This document shows positions 49,140-57,879 of a stretch of 64,000 nt of DNA, one piece after another. This DNA is from Candidatus Yanofskybacteria bacterium (GTDB taxonomy: Bacteria > Patescibacteriota > Minisyncoccia > 2-02-FULL-40-12 > IGHO2-01-FULL-4-A). The notes below the pieces were generated by a model. That model searched no databases, was not told the DNA's origin, and was given only the letters and a program-made list of their open reading frames with translations. The position numbers and the translations under genes were made by a program. Each line of letters opens with the position of its first letter. Position 1 is the first letter of the stretch. The DNA lies in the NCBI GenBank assembly GCA_016181175.1, contig JACOZV010000001.1:259519-323518 (forward strand), given 5' to 3'.

Positions 49140-50828
49140 ATGAACGTAGTGAATGACAATCCAGTCGTATTATTTGGTGAAACTAACTTTCGCAATAAGA
49201 AAGTGACTTTTGGTGTTAAGATGGATGACCGCCGCCGCCATATGTATGTAATCGGTAAAACCGGTATGGGCAAATCAGAACTGCTCAAAAATATTGCCAT
49301 ACAGGATATTCAGGATGGCAGGGGGCTTGCTTTTGTTGATCCGCACGGGGATCCTGTTGAAGACCTGTTTGATTACATTCCAGAAGACAGAATAAAAGAT
49401 GTTATTTATATAAATCCTGCCGATTTGGAATATCCGATTGCTTTCAATGTCATGGAACAAGTTGATCCAGACAAGCGCCACCTGGTTGCTGACGGTGTGA
49501 TGGGCGTATTCAAAAAAATATGGGTTGACGTATGGTCGCCGCGCATGGAATACATCCTCAATAACACCATCTTGGCTTTGTTGGAAACTCCGGATGCGAC
49601 ACTGCTTGGCATTAATAGAATGCTTGCCGAGAAGGAATATCGGGCAAAAGTTGTGAATCAGCTAACTGATCCGGTTGTAAAAGCGTTTTGGACTGAAGAA
49701 TTTGCCAAATACGCCGACAGATTTGCTTCGGAGGCAACAGCGGCGATACAAAACAAAGTTGGTCAGTTCGTATCCTCATCTTTAATCCGCAACATTATTG
49801 GCCAATCGAAATCCACGCTTGATATGCGAAAAATTATGGACGACGGTAAGATTCTGCTGGTCAATATTTCAAAGGGAAGAATCGGCGAAGATGCCTCGCG
49901 ATTGCTTGGTGCGTTGATTATCACCAAAATTCAGCTTGCGGCAATGTCTCGTGTTGACATGCCAGAGCGGGAGCGCAAGGATTTTATACTTATGGTAGAC
50001 GAATTCCAGAATTTTGCCACTGCTTCATTCGCCAATATTTTATCGGAGGCCCGCAAATATCATTTAAGTTTGGTTATTGCACACCAGTATGTTGCACAAA
50101 TGGACGAAGGTGTCAGAGATGCGGTTTTTGGCAATGTGGGAACAATTGTTTCTTTTAGAGTGGGCGCAGAAGATGCAGAATTACTGGAAAAAGAATTAGC
50201 GCCGGAATTCATGGCAACCGATATAGTTAATCTAGGCAAAAGGCAGATATATTTGAAGCTTATGATTGACGGTGTGGCGTCGCGCGCTTTTTCAGCAATG
50301 ACGATGGATACAATTAAACGCTTACCCATCGGTTATCGCCAAAGAATTATCGACTATTCAAGAGAACATTATTCTGCTCGCCGTGAAGATGTGGAGAAAA
50401 AAATTGCTGACTGGCATGCCCCGGTAACTGCTGATATTAGCAGATTCGACAAATCCACCGCGGGCAGATTTTATGATGAACGTCCGCAACGCGAAATGCG
50501 TTCGCCACGCCCAAATTATGGCGAGTCAAACCGATTCGATACTCTTCCAACACGATTTGAACCCAGACCCCAAGTTTTTCAGCATCGTCCCGCACCCAGC
50601 GAGGTTAGGGCCGTGCCTGGACCCATGCGATCTAATCCCATTGCTTCATCTAAACCACCAATTAAACCAATTTCTTTTTCAGAAGCCATAAAAAGCGGTC
50701 CTGTTGATTTTAAGGGGCGCAAACTTGAGCCAAAAACAGTTGTGCCGCGACCAAAAGTTGAAGTTGATGTCGGTGGATTGCGTAAGATTCTGGAAGAGAG
50801 CATGAACAAAGAAGAAAGCCCTGATTAG
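49140..50828 (+). CDS. FtsK/HerA/TraD(VirD4)-superfamily P-loop ATPase with Pro-rich disordered C-terminus
   Basis: GKTGMGKS Walker A, VDPHGD, ILMVDEFQNF Walker B. Confidence 0.6.
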   Translation: MNVVNDNPVVLFGETNFRNKKVTFGVKMDDRRRHMYVIGKTGMGKSELLKNIAIQDIQDGRGLAFVDPHGDPVEDLFDYIPEDRIKDVIYINPADLEYPIAFNVMEQVDPDKRHLVADGVMGVFKKIWVDVWSPRMEYILNNTILALLETPDATLLGINRMLAEKEYRAKVVNQLTDPVVKAFWTEEFAKYADRFASEATAAIQNKVGQFVSSSLIRNIIGQSKSTLDMRKIMDDGKILLVNISKGRIGEDASRLLGALIITKIQLAAMSRVDMPERERKDFILMVDEFQNFATASFANILSEARKYHLSLVIAHQYVAQMDEGVRDAVFGNVGTIVSFRVGAEDAELLEKELAPEFMATDIVNLGKRQIYLKLMIDGVASRAFSAMTMDTIKRLPIGYRQRIIDYSREHYSARREDVEKKIADWHAPVTADISRFDKSTAGRFYDERPQREMRSPRPNYGESNRFDTLPTRFEPRPQVFQHRPAPSEVRAVPGPMRSNPIASSKPPIKPISFSEAIKSGPVDFKGRKLEPKTVVPRPKVEVDVGGLRKILEESMNKEESPD

Positions 50829-51077
50829 GCAAACCCTGGAGTTACATCAAAAATTACAAATTTAATTAGCAAAAAAGATTATTTGCCGGCTACGCGCACG
50901 TGTTTTGCTGGCCCTCTTGGACAGGCGCAAAACGCGCGCGCCTCCGCCGGTAAGTAACATCCTCTGCTTAGCAATTATGGGAGTGATAAAAACCGCCGAT
51001 TGGTATCGGCTTTTGTTTTGTAATTTTTGATGATAGCAATTTGATTTTTTGTATTTTTTGATATTTAATCAAAGGTA

Positions 51078-52364
51078 ATGGCTACTCATAAATGGATTCC
51101 GTGGCCGGGCATAGGACAGGTGGACAAGGGGAGCATCTCTCCGGTTGTAGACAATCATTTTTTCCGACGTTTGAGCGATAAGCGCCAGCTCGCTTTCAGT
51201 TACTTGGTTTTTCCCGGGGCGACACATGACCGCCGTCAGCATTCAATGGGCGCTTACATTAAAACTTGCGAGTTTACCGCGCGGATGGTTGAGCGCGGTT
51301 TTTTAACCAAAAAACAAGCCTTGAACCTCGGCCTTTACGCACTGTTACACGATATCGGCCACGGTCCCTTTTCTCATATTATAGAACCGTTTACCAAGAT
51401 TAACCACAAGGAATACGGCCTTAAGATTGTGGATAGGATGACGGATGATATTAAAAAATGCGGCGGTGATATTAAGCTGATAAAAAGCTATATGAAAAAA
51501 AAGGATCCGGCTTGGCGGATAGTCAGCGATAAGAATTTTGGCATGGAAAAAATGGATTACCTGGTTCGCGATCAAGAAGCGACAGAATTCGGCCCTAATA
51601 TACGTCGCTGTGTGGAGAGCGTTTTTAACCATTTGGAATATAAAAACGGCAGTCTTACGGTTGATTTAAAAGCGTTGGATGCGGCTATTGAAATACAGAG
51701 AGCTTACATCTATTTTTACAGAAACGTTCATCTGGAGAAAAGCGCCTATTTAATCCAGCGTTTTATGCAGAAGCTGATGTACAGATTACTCAATACGCCC
51801 AAAAAACTCGGTGGGATTACCGAAGACGAGCTGTGGGAGATGGTAGACGGCGACTTGATTCATGCTTTGAAAAAATGCCGTGACGAGACCGTCAGAAATG
51901 GCATAGCGATTTTTGATAACGGTGTGCGCCATTTTCCAAAGACTGCTTTGGCAATCCGTTTAACAGGATATAAGTGGCTTGAACGGCGCGCTGGCAAGCA
52001 GATAAAGGTTGTTGAAGCTGATAAGAAATTTTTTGATAAGTTTTTTGTAAAATCCAGCGCCGCCGATTTGGAAAAAATAGAAACAGCAATTGCCAAATTG
52101 TTGGGCATAGAAAGTTGGAAAATGGCCGTAAGCCATATAGTGGAGAAAAACCGCTTTATTCCAGAGGATATTTTATTTTTTGACGGACCGAAAACTTATT
52201 CATTAAAACAGCAAGATCCGAGTTATTTTGAACTTCTTGAAAAAGAATTGGATAAATATTTGTGTGTCAGGGTCTGCGTGGTGCCTGAACATCGCCAGGC
52301 GCTATATTCCAAATGGAAAGAAGTTTTTGATCTTGTTTGCAAATATGTTGGTCATAAACCATAA
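51078..52364 (+). CDS. HD-domain phosphohydrolase (dGTPase/SAMHD1-like)
   Basis: H...HD...LLHDIGHGPFSH. Confidence 0.7.
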   Translation: MATHKWIPWPGIGQVDKGSISPVVDNHFFRRLSDKRQLAFSYLVFPGATHDRRQHSMGAYIKTCEFTARMVERGFLTKKQALNLGLYALLHDIGHGPFSHIIEPFTKINHKEYGLKIVDRMTDDIKKCGGDIKLIKSYMKKKDPAWRIVSDKNFGMEKMDYLVRDQEATEFGPNIRRCVESVFNHLEYKNGSLTVDLKALDAAIEIQRAYIYFYRNVHLEKSAYLIQRFMQKLMYRLLNTPKKLGGITEDELWEMVDGDLIHALKKCRDETVRNGIAIFDNGVRHFPKTALAIRLTGYKWLERRAGKQIKVVEADKKFFDKFFVKSSAADLEKIETAIAKLLGIESWKMAVSHIVEKNRFIPEDILFFDGPKTYSLKQQDPSYFELLEKELDKYLCVRVCVVPEHRQALYSKWKEVFDLVCKYVGHKP

Positions 52365-52398
52365 AACCGGCTTAAGCCGGTTTTATGGTTTATGAGGG

Positions 52399-52447
52399 TC
52401 CGTCCACCAGGAATCGAACCTGGAACCTTCTCCTTAAAAGGGAGCTG
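52399..52447 (-). repeat. duplicated 3' half (anticodon stem to 3' end) of tRNA-Lys, not a complete tRNA
   Basis: 49 nt identical to 52489-52537 region of the full gene. Confidence 0.8.
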
Positions 52448-52488
52448 TCCTGGTTTTGTAAACAAAATCGAGGATTCTCGATACAAAG

Positions 52489-52561
52489 TCCGTCCACCAG
52501 GAATCGAACCTGGAACCTTCTCCTTAAAAGGGAGCTGCTCTACCAATTGAGCTATGGACGG
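52489..52561 (-). tRNA. tRNA-Lys (anticodon UUU)
   Basis: manual fold: acceptor CCGTCCA/TGGACGG, U8, D-loop AATTGGTA, anticodon loop CUUUUAA, T-loop TTCGATT. Confidence 0.75.
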
Positions 52562-52639
52562 ACTTTGTATCGGAACTCTTCCGGGGAATTTTTTGACGGA
52601 AATCGAGACGATTTCCTAAAATTACCGTCAAAGCCAAGC

Positions 52640-52678
52640 AGTTGGTTTTGACCCAACTGAGCTAAGGGCGGAAAGTAA
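52640..52678 (-). other. tRNA-like 5' fragment (GCCCTTAGCTCAGTTGG...) without matching 3' half
   Basis: acceptor/D-arm-like sequence, no GAGC/T-arm. Confidence 0.25.
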
Positions 52679-52704
52679 CATTCTAGCATAGAAAACGAGT
52701 TTAC

Positions 52705-52745
52705 TCAATAAAAAAGCCTCGTGTGCATGAGCTACACGAGGCTTG
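52705..52745 (-). terminator. rho-independent terminator of SPFH gene
   Basis: gcctcgtgtagctcatgcacacgaggc + T-run on minus strand. Confidence 0.6.
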
Positions 52746-52864
52746 CCAGTTCAGTATGGAACTTGACGGTTTACTGCTTGGGGCTTGTCCGAGGAATACT
52801 CATGTCTAGCCCGAGCTCTCTTGCCGTTTTGGTGGATAGCACAGTCAGCACTATCCTGTTGTGA

Positions 52865-53692
52865 TTACTTTTGTGGCAATTGGAGAAAAGGAATAGCTCC
52901 ACCACCATTGTAGGTCGGTAGGTTGCCGTTCCATTTGACGATCGCCTGGCCTTGTAGCTCTAGGCGTCGCCACTCCAGGAGTGTTGGCGAGAGCGAACTC
53001 GTGAGGATCTTGTTTGACTCCGCTTCGCCTTCGGCTGCTGCGATTCGTTTCTGTGCCTCTGCCCTAGAGGTTCGCAATTGGTTCTCCGCCATGATGGCTT
53101 GCTGGATGGCCCTTACCTTTTCGTTGATTGCGTCCACAACTGCTTGAGGTGGTCGTGGTGCACCAATGAAACCGAACTGATCGAGAATTACCCCCTGCGG
53201 CTCCAGTTCTTCTTGGAGGGCCTTCCTGGTATCTGCCAGGAACTTAGCGTTGTCGCCCATGATGTCCTCTATTTTATACTTGCCGGCTATGTTGTCGAAC
53301 TTCTCGCGGGCCATGTTACGGAGAAAACCGTGCGTAAACGTTTGCAGATCGTCAGACCTGAACTTGACGTAAAATGCAGGCACTTTCTCTGCAACGAGAT
53401 GGTAGGCCAAACTGATGTCCGCGTCCACCTTCATCTGGTCACCGGTGGTGAACGTAATTTCCTCATTCACCGGATTTCCTTCTTCAAGCGACTTTGTCCA
53501 GGCCACTGTTTGGACGAAGGTAGGATATTCCTCAATTTCTGTCGAAATCGGGTTGTAAAATACCCAGCCCGTTTTCAATGTGAAGTCCTGAACTCCACGC
53601 TGGCTGCCAGCAAGATCCACTTCAATCCCCACATGGCCAGGGCCGATCCGCGTACAGCCACTGCCGGCTAGCATTGAAGAAGCAACCGCCAA
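52865..53692 (-). CDS. SPFH/band-7 (prohibitin/HflK-like) protein; upstream in-frame extension to 53938 contains TGA at 53909-53911
   Basis: SPFH domain with coiled-coil C-terminus; GC-rich (~55-60%) versus ~40% surroundings. Confidence 0.7.
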   Translation of the reverse strand: MAVASSMLAGSGCTRIGPGHVGIEVDLAGSQRGVQDFTLKTGWVFYNPISTEIEEYPTFVQTVAWTKSLEEGNPVNEEITFTTGDQMKVDADISLAYHLVAEKVPAFYVKFRSDDLQTFTHGFLRNMAREKFDNIAGKYKIEDIMGDNAKFLADTRKALQEELEPQGVILDQFGFIGAPRPPQAVVDAINEKVRAIQQAIMAENQLRTSRAEAQKRIAAAEGEAESNKILTSSLSPTLLEWRRLELQGQAIVKWNGNLPTYNGGGAIPFLQLPQK

Positions 53693-54065
53693 AATAATGA
53701 CGGCTGACCTTACGTTGTCTTCCCTCTGCTCGCCAGTCAGGCATGGCTTCAGTATCCTTTTGCAGTAGTAGAATCCGCAAATTCCGACTGTGAGCAGAAT
53801 CGCTACACCCTCGACGACGCCAGCGTCGCTCGGTGAGTTGATCAGAGCGAAAGCGAAGTTAACGACCCGGATGGCGACAAGACCTAAAACGATCGTCAGA
53901 ACAACGGTTCAGACACTAAACTTCTTTCGTATCCGCATGAGATTTCTCCTTCTGCTATTTTTAGGCCTTTTGCCTCGGCATAGCTACCAGTTTGGTTGTC
54001 AGCGAACTACTTCTACATTCTAACAAACAGCTACATTTTTGTCAAACAAGACAACGACTCAAAAA

Positions 54066-56072
54066 TTATAACTGTTTTCGGAGCTTAAGCATCTGTTCCC
54101 GCAGATACATCGCCTTTTCAAATTTGAGTTCTTTGACTGCCCGTTCCATTTCTTTTTGCAGGCGTTCTACTTGCATTGTGGGCGTTAGATGTTCTATTTC
54201 TTTTTCTTTGTCGGATAAATCATAACTATACCACTTGCTGATTCGTGCTTTTTTTGCCGAAGGTAAATCCGAGCGTTTAACCGCTTTTTGTATGGATGTA
54301 GGAGTAACGCCATGCTTGCGATTATATTCTTCCTGCACCTTGCGCCTGCGTTCCGTTTCTTTTATTGCATTAGCCATTGAACGCGTTATTTTGTCGGCAT
54401 ACATAATGACATGGCCGTCCAAATGCCGTGCCGCACGGCCCATGGTCTGTATCAATGTGGTGGCGTTGCGCAGAAAACCTTCTTTATCGGCATCCAAAAT
54501 TGCGATCAATGAGACTTCCGGTAAGTCCAACCCTTCCCGAAGCAAATTAACGCCGACAATGACATCATAGTTACCAAGTCGCAGGTCATGTATAATCTCA
54601 AGCCGTTGGAGAGTTTTGATTTCTGAATGTATGTAGTTGACCTTGATACCGTTGTCGGCCAAGTGTTCCGACAAATCCTCGGCCATTCTTTTGGTAAGTG
54701 TTGTAACCAAAATTCTCTGGCCATTAGTTATACGTTTTTTTATTTCACCGAGCAGATGTTTTATTTGATTTTTGGTTGGTCTGATTTCAATAGTCGGATC
54801 AAGTAGTCCGGTAGGTCGTACCAGTTGCTCGGCTATACCCTTTTTGCCGGATTTCTTGAGCTCATATTCCTTGGGAGTGGCTGACATATATATTGTCTGG
54901 CCGACATTTTTTTTGAATTCATCAAAACGGAGCGGACGGTTATCCAGCGCCGATGGCAAGCGGAAGCCATATTCAACTAGCGTGGCCTTGCGGGAGTAAT
55001 CGCCGGCATGCATGCCGTTTAATTGTGGGATCGTGAGGTGTGATTCGTCTATGATCGTCAAAAAGTTGCTTTTAGTTTTGAAGAAGTCAAGCATTGTAAA
55101 AGGTGGTGCGCCGGGGGTGCGGAAATCAAGGTGGCGCGAGTAATTTTCAATGCCATGGCAGTAACCGGTTTGTTTTATCATTCGGATATCGCGTTCAGTG
55201 CGTTCTTTTAGCCTGGCTGCTTCAAGGGCTAGCCCATTTCGTTCAAGTTTTTTTATGTGCCACTGAAGCTCGGTTTTTATGTTTTCAATAGCCAGATCTA
55301 TTTTATCGTCTGCGGCTATCCAGTATTTGGCCGGAAAAATTTTAGTTTCAATGATTTTCTCATATGCCGGATCTGTATAAATAAGAGAATCCAAATCCAC
55401 GCCATCGGCAACGGCGATTTTTTCTATGTGATTGTTTTTTGTTTTGATCCTTGTGATTTTGTTGCCAGTCGCCGAAACTATTTCTATTTCATCAGTTGAT
55501 TTACGAAATGTTCCTCGCTTGAGTTCTATGTCCTGGGCGTATTGTAATTTCAGTAGGGAGAATGCCAATTGTTTTAAATTTATTTTTTGTCCTTCAAAAA
55601 GGTGAAGCGACATTTTCTGGTAATCTTCGGGCGAGCCGAGGTTATAAATGCAGGAAACCGAAGCTATTACTATGACGTCATCGCGAGTCATAACTGCCTG
55701 AGTTGCCGCGTGGCGCAAGCGGTCTATTTCCTCGTTTATGCGGGCATCCTTTTCTATGTAAGTGTCGGTGTGGGGAATGTAGGCCTCGGGCTGATAGTAG
55801 TCGTAATAACTGACAAAGTAGTGAACGGAATTATGGGGGAAAAACTCCCTGAATTCCTGATAAAGTTGTGCGGCTAATGTTTTGTTGTGGGAAATGATAA
55901 GCGTCGGCTTTTTGATGTTGGCGATTACGTTAGCGATTGTGTAGGTTTTACCGCTACCAGTTACGCCGACCAAAGTTTGATGTTTTGCGCCGCGCTCAAG
56001 CCCACGAGTTAGTTTTGCTATGGCATCAGGCTGGTCGCCAGTCGGCTTGAATTTTGAGTTTAGGTTAAACAT
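54066..56072 (-). CDS. uvrB: excinuclease ABC subunit B
   Basis: GVTGSGKT Walker A; helicase motifs; C-terminal UVR domain. Confidence 0.95.
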   Translation of the reverse strand: MFNLNSKFKPTGDQPDAIAKLTRGLERGAKHQTLVGVTGSGKTYTIANVIANIKKPTLIISHNKTLAAQLYQEFREFFPHNSVHYFVSYYDYYQPEAYIPHTDTYIEKDARINEEIDRLRHAATQAVMTRDDVIVIASVSCIYNLGSPEDYQKMSLHLFEGQKINLKQLAFSLLKLQYAQDIELKRGTFRKSTDEIEIVSATGNKITRIKTKNNHIEKIAVADGVDLDSLIYTDPAYEKIIETKIFPAKYWIAADDKIDLAIENIKTELQWHIKKLERNGLALEAARLKERTERDIRMIKQTGYCHGIENYSRHLDFRTPGAPPFTMLDFFKTKSNFLTIIDESHLTIPQLNGMHAGDYSRKATLVEYGFRLPSALDNRPLRFDEFKKNVGQTIYMSATPKEYELKKSGKKGIAEQLVRPTGLLDPTIEIRPTKNQIKHLLGEIKKRITNGQRILVTTLTKRMAEDLSEHLADNGIKVNYIHSEIKTLQRLEIIHDLRLGNYDVIVGVNLLREGLDLPEVSLIAILDADKEGFLRNATTLIQTMGRAARHLDGHVIMYADKITRSMANAIKETERRRKVQEEYNRKHGVTPTSIQKAVKRSDLPSAKKARISKWYSYDLSDKEKEIEHLTPTMQVERLQKEMERAVKELKFEKAMYLREQMLKLRKQL

Positions 56073-56086
56073 GTTATTATAAAGAC

Positions 56087-56677
56087 ATGATTGGCTATAT
56101 ATCAGGCACAATTCAGGCGATTTCAGGTAAGTATGCCATTGTTGATGTCCATGGCGTGGGTTATCGCGTGACTATGCCAACTAAAAGCCTGAATAGTATA
56201 GCAAAAATAGGGGAGACAGTCAAGCTTTTTACGCACTATCAAACCAACCCCAGAGACGGTTCGGTAGAGTTATATGGTTTTACCACACCCGAGGAACTGA
56301 ATTTCTTTGAATTGCTTACTACTGTGTCAGGTATTGGCCCAAAATCAGCCCAAGCAATATTGGCTTCAGCTGAATTGCAGACTCTACAAATTGGCATAAT
56401 CCGTGGTGACGGCGATTATTTACATAAAGTATCCGGAATTAGTGAGAAAACCGCCCACCGGCTTGTGCTTGAACTTAAAAACAAAATTATGACCGCCGAC
56501 GTCGGTGTTGTCGCAGATTCAGATGCTGGCACGGATTCGGATGCCATAGATGCTCTTGTAACTCTTGGTTACTCACAGTATCAGGCCAGAGACATACTTA
56601 AGCATGTTGGAAAAACCGCCAAGACATCGGAAGAAAAAATAAAAGAAGCACTGAGAATTCTTGGGTCTAAAAAATAA
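56087..56677 (+). CDS. ruvA: Holliday junction branch-migration protein RuvA
   Basis: MIGYISGTI...VDVHGVGYRV. Confidence 0.9.
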   Translation: MIGYISGTIQAISGKYAIVDVHGVGYRVTMPTKSLNSIAKIGETVKLFTHYQTNPRDGSVELYGFTTPEELNFFELLTTVSGIGPKSAQAILASAELQTLQIGIIRGDGDYLHKVSGISEKTAHRLVLELKNKIMTADVGVVADSDAGTDSDAIDALVTLGYSQYQARDILKHVGKTAKTSEEKIKEALRILGSKK

Positions 56678-56759
56678 AAAGCCGCATTTCTACAGAAGTA
56701 TACTTTGCGGCCATAGGTGTGCCTACGCCAAGAGTAACTTTTGGCAGGTTCCAGGTTTG

Positions 56760-56855
56760 TTACTGGAACAATGCCCAAACAACTACTGCTATTGAGGCAA
56801 TACCTGCGAGAGCACTAATGATCGCGGCCCACCTTACTAATTCTTTGTTATTCAT
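56760..56855 (-). CDS. 31-aa single-TM small protein
   Basis: strong SD aaagaggaggggg 6 nt upstream of ATG; hydrophobic core. Confidence 0.3.
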   Translation of the reverse strand: MNNKELVRWAAIISALAGIASIAVVVWALFQ

Positions 56856-56903
56856 TTAGCCCCCTCCTCTTTGTTAGTATTAGTATATCAAATAAGTTAC
56901 GAT

Positions 56904-57818
56904 ATGTCAATATTTCTGCAATCCAAACAATGGATGGAATTTCAAAAGTCGCTGGGGCGGGAGGTTTTTGAATATGAGAAAGGGGGGATATCAGCCAAGA
57001 TAATAAAGCATGATTTACCACTCGGCAAGAATTACTTATACATTCCCTATGGGCCGGATATGGATTTTAACCAAATGATCGGCGGGTTCAAAAATCCGGT
57101 TGCTAATTTTGTCGGGTGGCTGCGCGAAGAAGCCAAAATGCGCAAATCTATTTTTGTAAAAATTGAACCGATGACCGACGGCGTGGCACAGGTATTGGCT
57201 GAACATAAATTTAAAAAATCTAAAAAAGAAGTCCAGCCTAGCAAAACTGTGGTTATTGATTTAAGCAAAGGCGAGGAAGAGTTACTTGCCGAGATGCACC
57301 ACAAAACCCGCTATAACATTGGGGTCGCTGACAGGCACGGCGTGGTTGTTGGCGAGCATAGCGACTCAGATTCTTTCTTGGGCTTACTTAAAAAAACTAC
57401 TAAAAGAGATAAGTTCAATCCGCACCCAGCTGATTATTATAAAAAACTTTTTGATTGCAGAGAATTGCAAACCAAACTATATTTTGCCAATCACAACGGT
57501 AAACCTGTTGCGGCGGCTTTAGTTTTAGTTTTTGGCGATACCGGTTACTATCTCCATGGCGCGTCAGACTATGAGTATCGGTCGTTGATGGCGCCCTATG
57601 CCCTTCATTGGCACATAATTAAACAATTAAAAACTGAAGGATTGAAACAGTATGACTTTTGGGGTATAGATGCCCGTAAGTGGCCCGGCGTCACCCGTTT
57701 CAAGCTGGGCTGGGGAGGTAAAACCGTTGAATACCCGGGTTCATTCAATTTGCCTATTTCTAAGTTTTGGTATATGGTTTATAAAATAACTCAAAAGTTG
57801 TCAGTAATACGCATTTGA
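56904..57818 (+). CDS. FemAB-family peptidoglycan interpeptide-bridge aminoacyltransferase-like protein
   Basis: N-terminal FLQSKQWMEFQK; Fem fold length. Confidence 0.65.
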   Translation: MSIFLQSKQWMEFQKSLGREVFEYEKGGISAKIIKHDLPLGKNYLYIPYGPDMDFNQMIGGFKNPVANFVGWLREEAKMRKSIFVKIEPMTDGVAQVLAEHKFKKSKKEVQPSKTVVIDLSKGEEELLAEMHHKTRYNIGVADRHGVVVGEHSDSDSFLGLLKKTTKRDKFNPHPADYYKKLFDCRELQTKLYFANHNGKPVAAALVLVFGDTGYYLHGASDYEYRSLMAPYALHWHIIKQLKTEGLKQYDFWGIDARKWPGVTRFKLGWGGKTVEYPGSFNLPISKFWYMVYKITQKLSVIRI

Positions 57819-57879
57819 CGAATCAAGCCAGTTCTCATATGCTTTTTTATTATTAGTACTTTTATAACTGGAGAGTGAT

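Noticed and set aside
52399-52447. Second tRNA gene
   Set aside because: Only the 3' half (anticodon stem onward) is present; there is no complementary 5' acceptor strand.
52640-52678. Full tRNA at GCCCTTAGCTCAGTTGG
   Set aside because: The D-stem closing strand, anticodon arm and T-arm are absent. Kept only as a low-confidence fragment.
53909-53911. In-frame TGA in SPFH gene as evidence that the host uses code 25 (UGA=Gly)
   Set aside because: Long housekeeping ORFs (SecA 911 aa, UvrB, SecD) are intact under the standard code. The TGA is confined to the GC-anomalous segment, so it is reported as a foreign/pseudogene signal instead.
54235-55877. Plus-strand ORFs inside uvrB (54235..54570, 54772..54999, 55103..55291, 55257..55499, 55587..55877)
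   Set aside because: Antisense to a 669-aa UvrB with all helicase motifs.
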